A DNA stretch of 36,300 nucleotides from Octopus bimaculoides (Eukaryota). The position numbers and the translations under genes were made by a program. Under the pieces are notes generated by a model. That model did no database searches. It saw nothing but the letters and a program-made list of their open reading frames with translations, and had not been told where the DNA came from. The stretch covers positions 57,407,083 through 57,443,382 of the forward strand of contig NC_068989.1 of NCBI RefSeq assembly GCF_001194135.2, read 5' to 3'. Shown piece after piece: positions 23,294 to 35,090 of the stretch (the first letter of the stretch is position 1; every line of letters begins with the position of its first letter).

Positions 23294-23625
23294 AGCACAT
23301 GGCTCAGTGGTTAGAGCGTCGAGCTTACTATCGTGAGGTTGTGAGTTCGATTCCCGGACCGGGCTGCGTGTTGTGTTCTTGAGCAAGACACTTTATTTCA
23401 CGTTGCTCCAGTTAACTCAGCTCTAGAAATGAGTTGCGACATCACTGGTGCCAAGTTGTGTCGGCCTTTGCCTTTTCCCTTAGATAACATCAGTGGTGTG
23501 GAGAGGGGAGGCTGGTATGCATGGACGACTGCTGGCCTTCCATAAACAAACTTGCCCGGACTTGTGCCTCGGAGGGTAACTTTCTAGGTGTAATCTCATG
23601 GTCATTCATGACCGAAGGGGGTCTC
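23294..23625 (+). mobile_element. tRNA-derived SINE family C, near full length
   Basis: A box tggctcagtggttagagcg, B box gagttcgattccc, CORE-like gtgttgtgttcttgagcaagacacttta, GC-rich body ending accgaagggggtctc. Confidence 0.85.
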
Positions 23626-24324
23626 CTCCTCTCCTATTAAATTTAGGACAAGAAATTGCATAAGAAAATTCGATTGTCGGAGCACCACTAAAACTTTCAT
23701 CTTCAAGTAGTATGAATCCTATTCACAGCAAGAATTAATGATTGTTATACGATGTTATACTGTTACATATAGCTGTGAGCTATATTATGTCCATTGTAAT
23801 TATTAACAATTTCAATAGTTTATTTGCTAATTGGAGTTAAATCAATGCTTCATTAGGTCTCACATGTAGCGCATGTGACATGATAAATTACACTGGCTCT
23901 CCGAATAGAATTCTGGTGTTCTGTTTCTTGATTTTTTAACAGGTCTCAAAGTCTTTATACAATTAAAGAAAAAAGGAAATGGCGTCGTGGTGGAGTGAAA
24001 CTGAAACCATATTTGTATTAGGGTTCAGTGGTCTCTTTCATTACGACGTTCACCAACACATTCTATCGAAATGGTCCATAGTAACATAATTCTTGACTTA
24101 TTTTGCTGTTTACGAGTTCATATTACTTGCTTTTGTTTCATTAATATTTAATGGAATTAACTTCAAGTATTAAGTAGTTTAATACTACTCTTACAAGGCT
24201 ATATAATTCTCCATAATTTCACGACATTGTTATAACGATAGTTTTTGTTGTTTCAAGCATTTTAGTCGGAAGTTGAGTATGTACGCAAAAGCACAATTTT
24301 GAAGACTTAAGTTCTCTTGTTTTA

Positions 24325-24487
24325 ACGTCCTCGTAAGTTAGCGGTTCGGCAAAAGAGAGCGATACAATATGTACCGTGTTTAACAAAAAAAAAAATAAGT
24401 ACAGGGGTCGATTTGTTCAACTAAAACACTTCAAGGCAGTGTCCCAGTATGGCCGCAGTCAAATCACTGAAGCAAGTAAAAGATTAA
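24325..24487 (+). mobile_element. SINE family A 3' module (5'-truncated)
   Basis: gtaagttagcggttcggcaaaagaga...aataagtacaggggtcgatttg...ccagtatggccgcagtc...aagtaaaaga. Confidence 0.85.
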
Positions 24488-25127
24488 CAGCATGCGTAAA
24501 GAAACATAACAGTTAGCTGGCACTCTACAGTCTCTTTGACACTTCACCGTCTCTTAAGTTCTTTATAAATATTATTTCATACATTAGCATAAAATCATAC
24601 ACCCACCTATCGGAGTATCCATGATGGATTATATTACTGGTATTTATCTAATACGAGATGAATGCATGAAAAACGAAATATACCAGCCCTATTTGAGTTT
24701 AGGACGTACAAGTATGGAACTAAATAATACGACAGAGGAATTTTTGTCGACTTTCTACTGATTCGATATTATTTATACCCCTTAATCATTAAATAGTAAA
24801 GTAACAAGTGAGACATTATTTCTGGATAAACTGAGATACTGATATGGTTTCAGGCTCTGTAAAAAGATTGTTTTCTCTCACTAATTATAAGTAATTTAAG
24901 ACTTTCGAAAATTCGGCCAATGTTTAATGATGCTTATTAAGTTTTATGATTAGTTCCGCAGAACAAGGGACATGCCTCTTGCAATCCGAAATTAAGATTC
25001 AGTCTTGATTTTCGATTCAAGCAATTTCACTTGTTTAGCGAATAAAACTCATATAAAAGACATGAAGGCCCCAACATCACATTGGTCATTATTTAAATAA
25101 TAAGTCCTTGGGACTTTTAAGAAAGCT

Positions 25128-25340
25128 GTGTGTGTGTGTGAGAGAGAGAGAGAGGGGGGGGAGAGAGAGAGAAAGAGAGAAAGAAAGAAAAAATATAGAG
25201 GATGTGAGAGAGAGAGATTTGAATAGAAATAAGTATAATTCGAAACAAATTGCAGAGAGAGAGAGACAGACAGACAGACATACAGACAGGGACAGACAGA
25301 CAGACAGACAAACAGACAGGAACAAACAGATAGATACAGA
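25128..25340. repeat. Compound (TG)/(GA)/(GACA) microsatellites
   Basis: Direct reading. Confidence 0.85.
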
Positions 25341-26152
25341 CTGATCAAAGGAGAATAAGTTTGAAAGAGAGATGAGGAGAAAAGCGTAGAGTAGAAAAGG
25401 ATTTAGGAAAAACGCAATAAGTTTTCGAATGAAGATTATAATGAACCATTTCCTAAACAATACCAGAAAATAACTGTCCTTTCATGGGATATTTTAGATG
25501 CTTAATTCGGCGAATTAGTTCAGATTGTATTAAACAATAAAATACATCGTTTCAGTGAAATGCTTAGTATTAAGTATTGCTAATCAACAGGACAATCCAG
25601 GTGGTTTTGAAGTTAGATAATCGGTTTATTATTGTGGGGTTAATTCCCGCTACACGAGTCCATGGAGAAAGGGAATAATTGACGAGATTTTTAAATCTTT
25701 AAAGGCCAGAGCGGTCAGCTTTTATTGTCTTCCGTTAGTTAAAGATGTGAAACTGCTAGGCGTGATTATCGAAGATTTTGTAACATTCACGCTATTTTCA
25801 AGAGATATTAGTAGCATAAATATAAGGCTATAGAAGTAGTTTTCTTTTCATCTACAGTGCACATTAACTAACTACGAAGTCTCTGACTTAACTTGACATT
25901 CAAGAAATAGTAGCCAAATCTCTCTAGTTTTAAAAGTGACGCAATCAATAATGTGTTCCTGAGCACTCTGCAGAAAAAAAATGAGTCACTTACGGCTAGA
26001 ATGTCTTTGGACATACACAATGAAACGTTTCCAGTATATTATGATTCGAGATCTAAAACGAACCCATATGCCCTGACAGTCTAATTTGATGCCGCTAATT
26101 TGATGGAAATCTTTTCCTTAAATCAGATTAAGTTCGAAATACCATCAACAAC

Positions 26153-26361
26153 ATATCGGTTTCAAAGTTTGGCACATGGCCAGCAAGTTCGGGCAGTGGG
26201 TAAGTCGATTACATCGACCCTAGTGATCAATTAGTATTTATTTTACCGGCCCCAAAAGGCAAAGTCGACTTCGGCGGAATTTGAATCCAGAACATAAGGA
26301 CGGACAAAATGTTGCTAAGTATTTTGCCCGTCGAGCTAACGATTCTGCTAGCTTGCCGCCT
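26153..26361 (-). mobile_element. SINE family B, full length
   Basis: ggtttcaaagtttggcaca...gtcgattacatcgaccc...aaaggcaaagtcgacttcggcggaatttgaa...ctgctagcttgccgcc. Confidence 0.9.
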
Positions 26362-27984
26362 TACTCTTATCAACAACATACTGCTAAGATTATCAATATC
26401 CTGAAATGGTGTATTTGGGAATTTACCCATTTTTCTAAGTAATTCCCATACCAGAAGTATCCATAGTTTCATAACTCTTATAGTGTTTAGGCCTAAGTAC
26501 CATTCCAGATGCGTTTAAGGTTGTATTGTTGGGTGAGATATTTGGGTTGTAAATGTACGCGTTTGAGTTGGGTATATTGAAATTGCTGTTCAGTAATGCA
26601 AGAAGCGAGCAGAAGGAATTTTATTTTCTTAAACACTACAAAAGTTAATTGGAAGAGCAATGGCCCCAGGGGTATTGAGTAAGGAATGAATACGAACAGA
26701 AGAAATACTTTTTTTGAATTCAACCACATAGTGCTTCGTATTAATTATGTATGTGCATATGTATACATTATTATTTGTATGTATGTGAAAACGTTTCGGC
26801 TGAAATATTAGAAGAGTATATGTGAGAGTGAGTGAGTGAGTGAGTGAGAGAGAGAGAGAGAGTGGGGGGGAGCATGCGCACATGCTTGCGTGCCAACAGC
26901 AGACAGTAGCAGCTTCCAGGCAAATGGCTGAATTGCAGTTGGTGATGTAGTCGCTATAGTTGTGATGTTTAGTGACCTAATGGCCGGCAAACATAATGTT
27001 GTCTCGGCTGATGTGTCCATCATGAATGCTATGCACCAACTACTAAATGACCTGCCTTTGTAATAAATATGTCATTTGTAATAGTTGTTGGAATCATGAG
27101 TCATAGAACAGAAGAGTCAACAAGGGTCGAGGGAACTCGTTTGATTGGTGGACTTAGCCCAAACAAGAAAGAGTTCGTATTGCTTGACTATAATTCGATG
27201 TATTGACAAAACACAGCCAGCAAATATGCCGATATTTTCGATCAATGACCCAAAAGTCCAGGTTTCGAATGCAGTACAGATTTCCATTTACAAACAAGAA
27301 ATTTTTTTATCGTTTGGTACATTAGATTTGTGATCTTGCTTGGAGGTGACACGAAGGGAAAAAGTTTCTATTCCGTTCAGCCAAGAGACTATTTTTTATG
27401 CAGTCTAGGGTGACTTTGCTTTTTTTTTATTATAGCTACAACACAGTATTCTATTACAGGTCTCTCTTATTTGAGCTTTGCAGAGCGCCAGAATCTGTTG
27501 GATTCTAAAATATTTATTTTAATTTAAAGCAGTTCTTATAATAGTGTAGAAGTCAGATACCAAGAGAAAGCAATGGCGTTTGTGAAGTCTAGTATTTGTG
27601 GTCACTCTGAGAATTATAATTGCAAGTTACTCGTGTCTAGAGGTAATGTGGTAGAAAGGATGTGTAGTTATTACGAGTGTTTGTGATGTTGGCACGAATT
27701 TCGTTTAAGCAGGTGACAACGGCTGACATTGAAAAGCTTGAAGAAAGACGGAACGCATCAGTCGTTCTCGTTTGTCACTGCAGCATAATGTTCGTCTCGC
27801 TCCGATATATAATGTGCTTGTGACAACATTGTGTTTTCTAACGACGTGTATACGTTTAATATGATACAAAGATGTAATCAAGATTGATATGACTTCAATA
27901 AAGAATAGTGATAAGCAGGTTTCTGTACATGAAGTCGATTCAGATTTAATGAAAGATGTCTAGATTGCGTGTGGAGGATCCTTG

Positions 27985-28130
27985 TATGCAGAAGATTAAG
28001 GAGTGAAAGCTAATATCATTTGTATAGAAGCATGTGTTGTCGAAGATGACGGCAAGTGGATGATGTACAAGAAAAATAGTGTAGGGGATATATCTGGATC
28101 TTGGGGAGCCAGTGTTGGTAGAATGTGATT
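27985..28130 (-). mobile_element. Decayed non-LTR reverse transcriptase fragment (PQG and YADD regions)
   Basis: Frames give TLAPQDPDISPTLFFLYIIHLPSSSTT then CFYTNDISFHS, matching GVPQGSVLSPTLFLLYINDL...YADDSTLHS; may extend 3' to about 27530 but that part is too decayed to align by eye. Confidence 0.65.
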
Positions 28131-28331
28131 CAGAGAGAGAGACAAACAAACAAACAAACAAACAAAGTGTTGTGTCGACGCCCCCAGGCGAAGAAGTAGG
28201 ATCTCCCAAGACACATAAATAGAAGTTGTCTGGCCGTGGTAGGAGTGTTGAGTAGCAGTCGAGTAGCAGTTGTGTAGCGGTTGAGTAGAGATCATCCGAA
28301 GGTGCTAGATAGCAGTAGCTTGAGGCATAAC

Positions 28332-28332
<1 letters not shown>

Positions 28333-28374
<42 letters not shown>

Positions 28375-28386
28375 AATAAAGAAAAA

Positions 28387-28421
<35 letters not shown>
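28333..28421. repeat. (AAAG)n microsatellite
   Basis: Direct reading. Confidence 0.95.
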
Positions 28422-28422
<1 letters not shown>

Positions 28423-28966
28423 GTGCTTAGTCTATACACGCCGTGATGATGTGATCTAACAGGAAGCTTCTGATTCAGTAGGCGAGATCATGAACAAGCA
28501 CGGAGATTTTCATGCCAGACTGGGTCGAACGTTTTGCTGTTGATAGGTACAACAAGATTCTATTCAGCAAACTTCTCAAGAGTGGGACCCCTCTGTTGAG
28601 TGACAAAAGAGAACAGAACTCACATAACTCTGACTACATAGAAGCCAGACAGATAGTCATCAAATAAGGAGAAAGATTCAAAATGTTGGTGAAGGCAGTT
28701 GCGAATGACTGACTCCATAACCATGGAGATAAAGCAGGAAAATCTAGTATTGCATGTCTATGATGTATTTTATAAAAATCTAATTAAATACAAAAGATAT
28801 CTTTATTAGTTTTATTATTAGTTATAGAATTTTGCTAATTATGTCTGTCGATCGATCCCATGCATAGTTTCCACTCTGAAGCTCACTCGTTTGCATCAGA
28901 AGGATTAACATCACGCGAACTCAGTCGTTGTCCTTACAATTGCACAATCTTACTACCTGTATACAC

Positions 28967-29037
28967 ACATGCATACATACATACATACATACATACATAC
29001 ATACATACATACATACATACATACATACAAACATACA
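28967..29037. repeat. (CATA)n microsatellite
   Basis: Direct reading. Confidence 0.95.
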
Positions 29038-29687
29038 TATCAATAAATAAATATATATTTGTATATAGATATATATGTATTTATGTACGAATATATCCTC
29101 ATAAAAACATCGTTTAACTATATGTGTGTATCCATATGTGTGTATTTGTGTGCGTATGTATGTATGTATGTATGTATGTATTTATATAATTTTATAATTG
29201 GATGTTTAATGTCATTTTCTTTTTTACTACACCAATTACTCAGAGTATACAAAGTGAAATGGAAGTCACTGATAATGTTTTATCTTAATTAGTTAATTAT
29301 TTCGTTCCTCTGTAATGTGCAGCAATCACTGAAAACAGAAACGACGCAAAAGAATAGAAAGAACAGCAATCGAAGGAGGATAAGGAAGAGAAGGGAGTGT
29401 TGTTCATCTTACTTCAAAGACTTGATATACCTTTATTATTTAAATATTGTTTAGTTCCAAGATAAATTGGATGGACGAAACGGTAAATCAAAGGACAAAA
29501 TGATTTACAATAATTTAGATTTTCTTCTCTTATTCTCTATCTTCACATTACAGTTGAAACCGGAAAGGAAAGCTATATTTTATTGGTCAGATATTGGTAC
29601 ATGTTTTTTTTTTTTTGGTCTTATACACAAATCATGTTTTAGGAGCAAGCTTAATCGATTATATCTTCTTATTGATTTATGAAGGGA

Positions 29688-30052
29688 GTAAACTGGCAGA
29701 GTCGCTCATTGAATGTTTCGTGGAATTTATTCGCCATTGCTCTTTGGGTTTAAATTCTGCTAAGATCAATTTTGACATTTATCCTTTCGGAGTCTATTAA
29801 ATAAAAAGACAGCAGTCCTGAGTGGTGGATTGGCAGAGTCGTTTGAGCACTAGAAGGGATACCTTGTGCTCTCTGCTCTTCTTCTGTGCATTCTGAGTTC
29901 AAATCTAAGGTCATGCTTGGCATTCATCCTTTCGAGGTTGATTAAATAAAAAGGAAGCATCCAGAGCGGTGGATTGGCAGAATTGTTATAGCACCCTATG
30001 ATGAGATACCTTATATCTGCTCTGACTATGTGCATTCTGAGTTCAAATCCTG
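29688..30052 (+). mobile_element. Tandem array of 2-3 degenerate family B 5' halves (about 140-bp period)
   Basis: g.ggtggattggcaga.t.gtt..agcac...gatacctt...tgtgcattctgagttcaaatc occurs at about 29823 and 29967; a more diverged unit precedes it from 29688. Confidence 0.75.
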
Positions 30053-30254
30053 CCCTGTTACCTAAAAGGAAAGAGAATGGCGACTAGCAGATAGTATCAT
30101 TAGTTTAACGCACCAATAGAAAGTTTTCTTAGATGAACCGAAAGTGTGACTGCTTCCTTTATTCAACAACTGCCGGAAAGTGACTCGAGATAGTATTTTT
30201 TGATTGATTGAAATGTGGTGGGGTCTTAGTAGAGCAGAAATAGGTAAATGAGTC

Positions 30255-30380
30255 GAAGATTGGCGGAATTGCTAGAACGTTCAACAAAATGCCGTGAAGA
30301 ATTTACTTACGGCCGTTTACTTTCTTAGTTTAAATCTCCTCTCTCGCTTTTCCAAGGTTGATAAAATAAAGTACTAGTCA
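30255..30380 (+). mobile_element. Old degenerate family B copy
   Basis: ttggcggaattgctagaac...aaatgcc...ggttgataaaataaagtactag. Confidence 0.5.
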
Positions 30381-31448
30381 CATTGTTTTAAACGAATGTC
30401 CCCTGTCCACAAATGTGAGGTCCTGTGCTTGTATTAAATATATTTATATTTTGTTTTCACAAAACAAACAGAAAATACTACTCAGTTGAATGTACATTTC
30501 GGTCACTCTCCTTTCTCCTTTTCAATTGCGTTTGTTTGTGTGTGTTTGTGTGTGTGTGTGTGTGTCTTTTATTTTTCTCTATTCTGTCGTGTACGATGAT
30601 TATTAGTAATTCTTCGAACATTCTCACACAAAATAAACAAAGGAATTATAAGTTGAGCGAATTAAAAGGTCATAGGTGTTTCAGATACTTCACGTAATTG
30701 ATCGATTTGACGTAGAAGATTATAGATTTAAGTCTGTCAATCCCGGAAAGATGAAAGGTAAAGCCAAACCTAGAATAGTTTAACCGCAAAACGAGTTAAT
30801 GTAAGAAAGAACATGGCTTCAAGCTATGAGAAGATGCGTGTGTGAATGGTGGGACGGACAGGAAATTGTGTCGATGCTGTTGACCCTAAAACAGGAAGTA
30901 GCATAATATCAAGTCGTGATTTCCTCCTCCTGCTGCTACTGCGGTAACTGTAGTTGTTTGTTGATTGCTAAGCTTGCATTATAGAAAAGAACGAAAGTAA
31001 ATAATGTAGTGTGTTTGGTTGATTATTTAATTATAGACGGTTGCTGGCCGATTATTTCAGTTATATTCTCAATGTTTTCACCAAAGTATATAGCCATAAT
31101 AGTGTCCAAAAAAATAGCAGGTATTCCAAACGTTTCGGCTTTCTTAACCGACGTCATTTTGCATTGCTTACGGTACGAAACCATAAATAACGAGCTTTCA
31201 ATATTAAATAATCGTTAACAAATAGCAAAAAATCGCTTGAGGATATACGATAAATTAATAATTTAATCATAAAGTGATGCTAAATACACACACAAACACA
31301 CAAACACACACACTCACACATACACATTAGCGCGAGCACACAGAGAAACACATACGCACACATGCATACACACATATATGCACGCGTATTTATGTGTATA
31401 AATAAATGTATATAAATCTCTATATGTGTGTCTGTGGGTGGGGTGTAT

Positions 31449-31603
31449 AAGCGTGGCAGTGTGGTAAAAAGCTTGCTACCCAACCACGTGGTTCCGAGTC
31501 TGTCCCACTGTCTGGTACCTTAGGCAAGTGTCTTCTGCTATAACTTCGAGCTGATCAACGATTGTAAGTGGATTTGGTGGGCGGAAACTGAGAGAAGCCC
31601 ATC

Positions 31604-31685
<82 letters not shown>

Positions 31686-31903
31686 TTATTTATTTATGTG
31701 TGTGTCTTTGTGCCTTTTTGTCCCCCAACACCGCTTGACAACCGGTATTGGTTTATTTACGCCCCCGTAACTTAGCGGTTCGGCAAAAAGAGACCAATAG
31801 AATAAGTACTAGGCTTTAAAACGGTACTAGGGTCGATTCATTCGATTATAAGTTCCTCAAAGCGGTGTCCCAGCATCACCTCAGTCTAATGAAACAGATA
31901 AAA
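31449..31903 (+). mobile_element. SINE family A, full length, with expanded internal (TA)n
   Basis: All family A modules present; (TA)n about 31605-31677. Confidence 0.9.
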
Positions 31904-31995
31904 GCAGTTTTTGAGGTCGCATATCACATGACCGTCTTAACAGAATGTTCTATGGTCAAATGCACTTAAGTTCACGCGTAGATAGTGTACACCAT

Positions 31996-32058
31996 ATTAT
32001 ATGTTAGCTGAATTATATGTTAGCTGAATTATATGTTAGCTGAATCATATGTTAGCTG
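31996..32058. repeat. 16-bp minisatellite x4 (attatatgttagctga)
   Basis: Three perfect units 31996-32043 and a fourth atcatatgttagctg. Confidence 0.95.
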
Positions 32059-32659
32059 CAAGTGTGGCCCTAAGTAATGTCACAACGTTGCTCCTATATA
32101 TGTGATGGTTCATGCACCAGAGTGCCGTGGTATGCGCCTGACAAATCGAAGCTGAACATGTATTTGATCTTTGAGTGAATTCTTTTATTTCATCTACTTC
32201 ACGTAGCAGCAATATTCAGACATTTACAACAGGCTACAGAAGTTAAATCGTTATAACAAATATGATGATATACGTTGATGAATACATAGCTTTCTGTAGT
32301 GATTCTACGACCAGTTTGAACTTACGGGATATTTTCTTTCATTTAATCTCGAGTAATATCGAAGGATTCCATTATTGTATAATAAACGGTGATTAATTTA
32401 GTTGGCAAATATAAATTCTTCCGAACAAAGACAGTTCAATTGTAATTAATCAAGCAAATGATTACAGGAAGTTTTAATTAAATCCATAGCCTTACTCGCA
32501 TCTTTCATTTCGCTCTTGGTTAAATAAGTCCCAATAGAAACGTATCACTAGGAAGCTATATTAATTATAAAATGGTGTATTGTATAATTAACGTGTGTTT
32601 TGTTCCTTTGCAGTACATAGTTCCAATCCTTCTGGGAGCTATAATGATATCATCTTTCA

Positions 32660-32822
32660 TTGGGCTGGCAGAATCGGTAAAAGGTTAAACCAAACGTATT
32701 GTGGTAATGAGTTACATCCATTTACGTTCTGTATCCAAATCCTATCGATTTACTAAACCTTTCATATATCTGGGTTTCATAAATGCAGCCCCTGTGAAGT
32801 AGAGGTGTTGATTTAATCGACT
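32660..32822 (+). mobile_element. Old degenerate family B copy
   Basis: gggctggcagaatcggtaa...ttacgttctg...aaatcc...cctttcat...gttgatttaatcgact. Confidence 0.55.
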
Positions 32823-33008
32823 GTATCTGAAATATCTCAGTACTTGTGCTTTAGATATTATTAAGCCAAAATATTTGTTGTTACATCATCTACAATGTCT
32901 CCAGCATCAATTTGCTCGGTACGTCTTCACCACTGCACTTTATATACGTTGTGTCTCATAATACGGAAATGTCAGGGATATATAAAGGTGAAATATCGAT
33001 GAAGTTAT

Positions 33009-33137
<129 letters not shown>

Positions 33138-33267
33138 TAAAATGATCAAAGGGCACTAATCAGCCCCAGTTTTGTTAGTATATATATATATATATATATA
33201 TATTTATGTATATATTTTATTATATGCTTATTATTATATATATACTTTTTATCATCTGACCATAGGA

Positions 33268-33314
33268 TCACAACTGCCTGACGAACGGTAACGTGAAACT
33301 CTAGCAGTTTGTGA
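33268..33314 (+). ncRNA. Minimal type I hammerhead ribozyme-like motif (probably Penelope-like element terminal repeat)
   Basis: tcacaactgc-CTGACGA-acg gtaa cgt-GAAA-ctc-TA-gcagtttgtga: full CUGANGA/GAAA/UH core, 3-bp stem II, 10-bp stem I with one bulge in correct register. Confidence 0.7.
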
Positions 33315-33604
33315 AGATTTTTTTCGGCTTTAATAAAAAGCGTATTGCTCTACCTTTGCTATTCGAGTACTGTTCCTTATACCTTGTTTGGCATTTATAT
33401 GCTTACCTGTATATATATATATATATACACACCTATATGTATATGCATATAAGAATATATGCGTGTGGAGAGAGAGGGGAAGAGAGGGACATAGATACCT
33501 TCGCCTTTTCTTTCTTCTTTTTCTTTTTTTTTTTTACTCTTTGCCCTCTCCTTATCTCTTTCACTTTCGTTTTCATTCTCTTTCTATTTAGTCTGCCTAT
33601 CAAG

Positions 33605-33608
<4 letters not shown>

Positions 33609-33698
<90 letters not shown>
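33609..33698. repeat. (CT)n microsatellite
   Basis: Pure run. Confidence 0.95.
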
Positions 33699-33702
<4 letters not shown>

Positions 33703-33771
33703 CTCTCTCTCAATTAGCTTTCCTATATTTCTCTTCCCCTTTAAGTAAAACCTCACAACGCTGCATATTAT

Positions 33772-33980
33772 AATACAGTTTTCAAACTTGGCACAAGGCC
33801 AGCAATTTCGAGAAAGTGAGTAAGTCGATTATATTGACGCCAGCGCTCAACTGGTAGTTATTTTATCAACCCCGAAAAGATGAAAAGCAAAGTCGACCTC
33901 AGTGGAATCTGAGCTCACAATGTCAAGACGGACGAAAGGCCTCTAAGAATTTTACTCGTTGTTCTGCCGGCTCGCCACCT
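33772..33980 (-). mobile_element. SINE family B, full length, degenerate
   Basis: ttttcaaacttggcacaaggccagc...gtcgatta...gatgaaaagcaaagtcgacctc...gttctgccggctcgccacct. Confidence 0.85.
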
Positions 33981-33985
33981 TCCTG

Positions 33986-34370
33986 CATGGTGTTGTTGAC
34001 ACTCCGTCGCTTACGACGTCGAGGGTTCCAGTTTATCCGATCAACGGAACAGCCTGCTCGTGAAATTAACATGCAAGTGGCTGAGCATTCCACAGACACG
34101 TGTACCCTTAACGTAGTTCTCGGGGATATTCAGCGTGACACAGTGTGACAAGGATGACCCTGTGAATTACAGGCACAACAGAAACAGGAAGTAAGAGTGA
34201 GAGAAAGTTCTGGTGAAAGAGTACAGCAGGGTTCGCCACCATCCCCTGCCGGAGCCTCGTGGAGTTTTAGGTGTTTTCGCTCAATAAACACTCACAACGC
34301 CCGATCTGGGAATCGAAACCGCGATCCTATGACCGCGAGTCCGCTGCCCTAACCACTGGGCCATTGCACC
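33986..34370 (-). mobile_element. tRNA-derived SINE family D, apparently full length
   Basis: Reverse complement head ggtgcaatggcccagtggttagggcagcggactcgcggtcataggatcgcggtttcgattccc (A and B boxes), GC-rich body ending ...ggagtgtcaacaacacc. Confidence 0.8.
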
Positions 34371-34424
34371 ACCCTTTCTGCATGATATAAGATATAACAT
34401 AATATATAACCTACGCCACACAAT

Positions 34425-35090
34425 TAGCACCACTCTCAATCTTACATCATCGGGCAGCACTATCTCTTCGACAATTCTGTTTAAGTCTTCCACTGTTGCT
34501 TGAACGGTTAACTCTATTCCATATCCCCAGTAGTTAACTCTTTGGGTTCTTGTGGCCTTCAGTATCTTGGCCTCCTCATACATGTCATATATTATGGCTG
34601 TCATCAGCCATGCTTCTTTCAGCTTTGGGAGCACTTTGCCAACTCGCACCCTGGCCACACGTTTGCCACAGTACGATGGCAAAAGTACCCATTCTTCCGA
34701 TCTTATTGCCTCTGTGGTGTGGTTAATTGCCTCCTCTTTTGATGCAAAACGCACCTCCACAGTAGCGTACTTTCTCCCTCTTGTTATAAATGTGGTTAGT
34801 CTTTTTATATTCTCCAAACATTCTTCAATAGCCTCTATTGTCGCTATTTCTATTTCCCTTGTTGCTTTCTTCATTGTCTTATATATCACCGTTCTTTTCA
34901 TTACATTGGTTGTTAGTTCCACAGGTGGCGTTAATTTCAGTGTATTTCCCTCTCTTTCCAGCAACTTCTCGCATTCCTTCATTTTTCGAGGCTCAACCTT
35001 TATTTCTCATACCTCCAGCATTTCCACGTCCATCATCCCTTTTCCAGTTGCAGCCGCATAACTGTGGTCACCTGCTGGCGTTTTCTCCAT
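34425..35090 (-). pseudogene. gag/ORF1-like protein of a non-LTR retrotransposon; premature stop at codon 28, 3'-truncated
   Basis: ATG at 35090 gives MEKTPAGDHSYAAATGKGMMDVEMLEV*EIKVEPRK, in frame with the 233-aa ORF (TGA at 35009-35007). SYAAA motif, RRM-like RGRKYATVEVRFASKEEA and LLPSYCGKRVARVRVGKV resemble L1/Tx1-type ORF1; similarity ends at LRVV where a CCHC knuckle would be expected. Confidence 0.65.

Noticed and set aside
23294-23370. tRNA gene call for SINE heads (also 5286-5365, 34285-34370)
   Set aside because: A and B boxes present but no cloverleaf closure, and they run into SINE bodies.
26930-27063. Stop-free plus frame IAVGDVVAIVVMFSDLMAGKHNVVSADVSIMNAMHQLLNDLPL as a possible exon
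   Set aside because: No recognisable homology or clear splice boundaries.
28490-28715. Plus frame DWVERFAVDRYNKILFSKLLKSG...ERFKMLVKAV resembling an RTE-type ORF2 C-terminus
   Set aside because: Key W.GHV.R and RGRP motifs absent; similarity could be chance.
31120-31170. Minus-strand TGACGT-cggtt aaga aagccg-AAACG hairpin resembling a PLE hammerhead
   Set aside because: Two core positions changed and no convincing stem I; too weak to report.
31996-32058. CRISPR-like array
   Set aside because: Contiguous tandem units with no spacers, in a eukaryotic context.
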